DNA from: an uncultured Gemmatimonadales bacterium
GTDB taxonomy: Bacteria; Gemmatimonadota; Gemmatimonadetes; Gemmatimonadales; Gemmatimonadaceae
Assembly: GCA_963793305.1 (NCBI GenBank)
Contig: CAWBZV010000014.1
Coordinates: 174,932 to 238,931 of the forward strand
Length of the DNA: 64,000 nt
Direction of reading: 5' to 3'
A program made the position numbers and the translations under genes. The notes below the pieces were generated by a model. It ran no database searches. It had not been told where the DNA came from and saw only the letters and a list, made by a program, of their open reading frames with translations. Shown piece after piece: positions 61,394-64,000 of this stretch; the first letter of the stretch is position 1, and each line of letters begins with the position of its first letter.

Positions 61394-61615
61394 ATGCCGG
61401 ACAAGATGGACCCCGAGATGGCCGCGCGCATCAAGTTGCTTCAGCGCGCAATAGAGTTGAGTGGTATGAGCGCTCGACAGTTCGCGACTCAGGTGCTGAT
61501 TCGCGACGAGAGAACCGTGCGCAAATGGCTGCACGGGGACAGCGAAGTGCCCGACGTCGTGCGCGATTTTCTGATCGGTTACATCCACGACACAGAGAAG
61601 GGGAAGAACACGTAG
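61394..61615 (+). CDS. Small XRE/Cro-like HTH protein
   Basis: SGMSARQFA..RDERTVRKWLHG. Confidence 0.65.
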   Translation: MPDKMDPEMAARIKLLQRAIELSGMSARQFATQVLIRDERTVRKWLHGDSEVPDVVRDFLIGYIHDTEKGKNT

Positions 61616-61652
61616 CTCGCGAGCGCGGTGAACTGCGGGCCGGGAGGCAGGC

Positions 61653-61946
61653 ATGAGCGCGCGTCATGTTAGGCTCGCGGCCTTCGCGCAGGTGGTCCGT
61701 TCATATCGAAAAGCCACCGGCTTCTCGCAAGAACGTTTCGCCTACGAGGCGGACCTTGACCGCGCTGGATATGGCCGACTGGAGCGCGGCAAAGGCAACC
61801 TCACTTACCTAAACCTTCGCCAGCTGCTCATCGGCCTCGGTGTCACGTGGCGCGATTTCGGCGCCTCGTTGCACGAGATTGATGCTCTGCCGACGCTCAA
61901 TCGATCCAACTCGCCTTACTGGACTCGGAGGAGCGACGATGTCTGA
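61653..61946 (+). CDS. XRE family HTH regulator
   Basis: GFSQERFAYEADLDRAGYGRLERGKGNLT. Confidence 0.85.
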   Translation: MSARHVRLAAFAQVVRSYRKATGFSQERFAYEADLDRAGYGRLERGKGNLTYLNLRQLLIGLGVTWRDFGASLHEIDALPTLNRSNSPYWTRRSDDV

Positions 61947-62394
61947 GACCGTCAAACCGATCGTCGCGACCAATGAATCCGCGTTGATCGATCAACTTCG
62001 CGAAGCAGTTGATCGCCAGAGCAACGCGATTAGAAATCTCGGCCGGGCTCTTGTTGACCGTCTCGTCGCCGACGAGCAGTTCGCGACGCTCGCCGTCAAA
62101 GAGGCACTTCAAATTCTGCCGTGCGCCTTGACTCGTCGCTTGGAACGGTTTGCTCGGGGCGATCACTGGCCCGGCCTGCGCGCCAAAGTTGCTGCTGACC
62201 GTCGCCTAGTACAGCTCCTGTCGAAATCGCGCGTCTTCCGAGAAGCCGCCGTAAGCGATGCGATCATCGCGCAACGGATGGCCGAGTGTAGCTCCGCGAG
62301 AGCTGCCGCGAATGAAGCCGGCAAAAGGTTTCGATTGTCGAAGCGCGGGGCTCAGGTGATCGTGTGGTGCGCCAGTTGCCCAGAGCGCCATTGA
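61939..62394 (+). CDS. Hypothetical protein
   Basis: GGAG RBS; overlaps the previous stop; C-terminal CASC. Confidence 0.5.
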   Translation: MSETVKPIVATNESALIDQLREAVDRQSNAIRNLGRALVDRLVADEQFATLAVKEALQILPCALTRRLERFARGDHWPGLRAKVAADRRLVQLLSKSRVFREAAVSDAIIAQRMAECSSARAAANEAGKRFRLSKRGAQVIVWCASCPERH

Positions 62395-62433
62395 CAGGGG
62401 AGGGCAGGCGATGTCGCCCAATCCTGAACGTAA

Positions 62434-62482
62434 GTGGGCAACTGAGGGCAAAACTGAGGCAGAAAGTGAGGGCAAAATTGAG
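62434..62482. repeat. 12-bp-period direct repeats TGAGGGCAAAAN
   Basis: TGAGGGCAAAAC / TGAGGCAGAAAG / TGAGGGCAAAAT / TGAG at 62443, 62455, 62467, 62479. Confidence 0.75.
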
Positions 62483-62612
62483 ACCCCCTCCTCGGCGCGC
62501 CTCCCCCGGCGCCCCCCTTGCCCCCCCAATCTAATCGTACCGAGATCACGCGCGGGTTCCTCCCGGGTCTTGCCGATGCGGTTTAATGGGCGGTGGCGGC
62601 AAGGTGCCCCGA

Positions 62613-64000
62613 CTACTTCTTCGGCGAGTCCACCCGTCCCGTCGACAGCACTGCGATCGCGCGATCGAGTCCCGGATCCCTGCCCGCGGCGAGATCCGCC
62701 GTCCTTAGCGTCGGAACGGGGATCGTCGGTGGGATCCCGGAGACGTCGAAGCTTGTACCGCGCTCGGTGAGATAGAGCTCGTTGGGGAGGCCAAAGATCC
62801 ACCCGTTCGGCAGGTGACGGTTCGGGACACCAGAGAACACTCCATTCGTGTGCTCTCCGATTCGATCGACCGCCGGACGGCGGCCCATGAGCGCCTGCGT
62901 GAATGTCTCGACGGCGCTTACGCTGTAGCGGCTTGTGAGCTCGACCACCGGCCCATGCCATCCCGGCCGCGCGCTTGGCACGACCATGGCGAGCTGCGGA
63001 ACGGTCATGAGCGTCGGGTCATTTGGATCGCGACGCGCAACTATGGCATAAGCCGTGTAAGGCGCCGTCGCCAGCCGGCTGGCGATCGCCAAGCCGAGTG
63101 GACTGGCACCACCGTGACTGAGCCGCATGTCGATGACGAGCCCTCGCCATCCAGCGGAGGACGCGAAGATCGTGTCGAGCGCGGCGTCCAGCGCACGCAG
63201 ATCGGCCGCGAACCTATCCTCTCCCTGCCGCTCGTAGCTTCTGTCCGGATAGTACGCCCCGAACCTCATCAGCCGCAGATATCCGATGGAGTCGCGCAGC
63301 ATGCCGAACGACACCTGGCCGTTGGCCAACGAACGGAGAGGAACGACGAGGAAACGATTCTGTATGATCTCGAGCGCCCGCGCACGACCGGCGTCACCGA
63401 TCGGATCGGGATCGGGGCGCTCACCGCCATAGTCGAGCAATGTGTCCGTGGTCGAGTAGATGTAGGTGTGGTGATCGTGAAGCGGCTCGATCATCGCGCG
63501 GAGCACACCGAAGAGCTCACGGGGCGACGCATGGATGACGCGAGGGCGAAAGTGATCACGCGTGGCTTGCCAGTCCACGTGGTGGAGATGAAAAAACGGA
63601 TACTGCTCTCGATACGTTTCCCAGAACACGTCGAAGTTGGTGATAGAGTTATCGGCCGTGGTCCGGTCACAGACCGCGGGGAATGAGTCCACGCGATGCA
63701 AAATCATGTCCGATTCGGCGTTAGTATAGCGTCAGGCGGCCTTGATCGGCCGCTCCCGTGGCACCGACGAATACGAGCCTCGACGAGTCGTCCACTCGCT
63801 GGAAAACGACGCGCGATCCGTCCTGCTCGACCTGACGCGCCTGGAAACTCGGGATACAGCTCAGATCAGTCACCTCGAACGCCTTGAGCAAGTCACCGAC
63901 CACCTGTATGACGTATCCGTAGCCCTCAGTTCGCCAAAGCCAAAGCCCCGATAACTCCGCCGGCGCCTGCGTCAACGCACGCTTCGGCGGCTGGAGCCGA
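62613..64000 (-). CDS. S41 family peptidase with Tricorn C1 domain (frameshift near 63715; 5' end outside window)
   Basis: NFDVFW..YPFF, LHDHHT, IGYLRL, IDMRLSHGG, SVSAVETF, GEHTNG. Confidence 0.85.

Noticed and set aside
62490..62612. tRNA/tmRNA fragment next to the 12-bp repeats
   Set aside because: No cloverleaf elements recognisable on either strand.

Overview
High-GC bacterial DNA. Gene content (BTAD-TPR regulator, DUF5916 protein, ADOP-type permease, many secreted peptidases) suggests Gemmatimonadota or a similar soil lineage; this is inference only. About 20 otherwise intact genes carry 1-bp frameshifts, most simply explained by long-read consensus errors. 1-21 kb: signalling, secreted hydrolases and a two-domain multicopper oxidase. 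21.5-39 kb: indole/tryptophan catabolic region with an isatin-hydrolase-like cyclase, IorAB, 2-aminobenzoyl-CoA monooxygenase/reductase plus beta-oxidation genes (no CoA ligase), a TDO-like enzyme, a PLP enzyme, permeases and an amidohydrolase. 39-46 kb: peptidases, including a serine hydrolase-VanX fusion. 46-62.5 kb: accessory region containing two ~225-bp related repeats, each made of a promoter, the 5' half of tRNA-Ser(CGA) cut at the anticodon loop, a hairpin and tandem 12-bp-period arm-like sites. These look like displaced att junctions of tandem elements that bring in a new tRNA 5' half. No integrase and no intact tRNA is present in the window. Cargo includes two PIN TA pairs, an orphan Hcp-like gene, a 1294-aa Gly-rich lipoprotein, a HEPN protein, a DUF3800-like protein, and an AbiEi/AbiEii pair whose toxin is fused to WYL and Zn-finger domains. 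All family calls come from motif recognition, not database searches.
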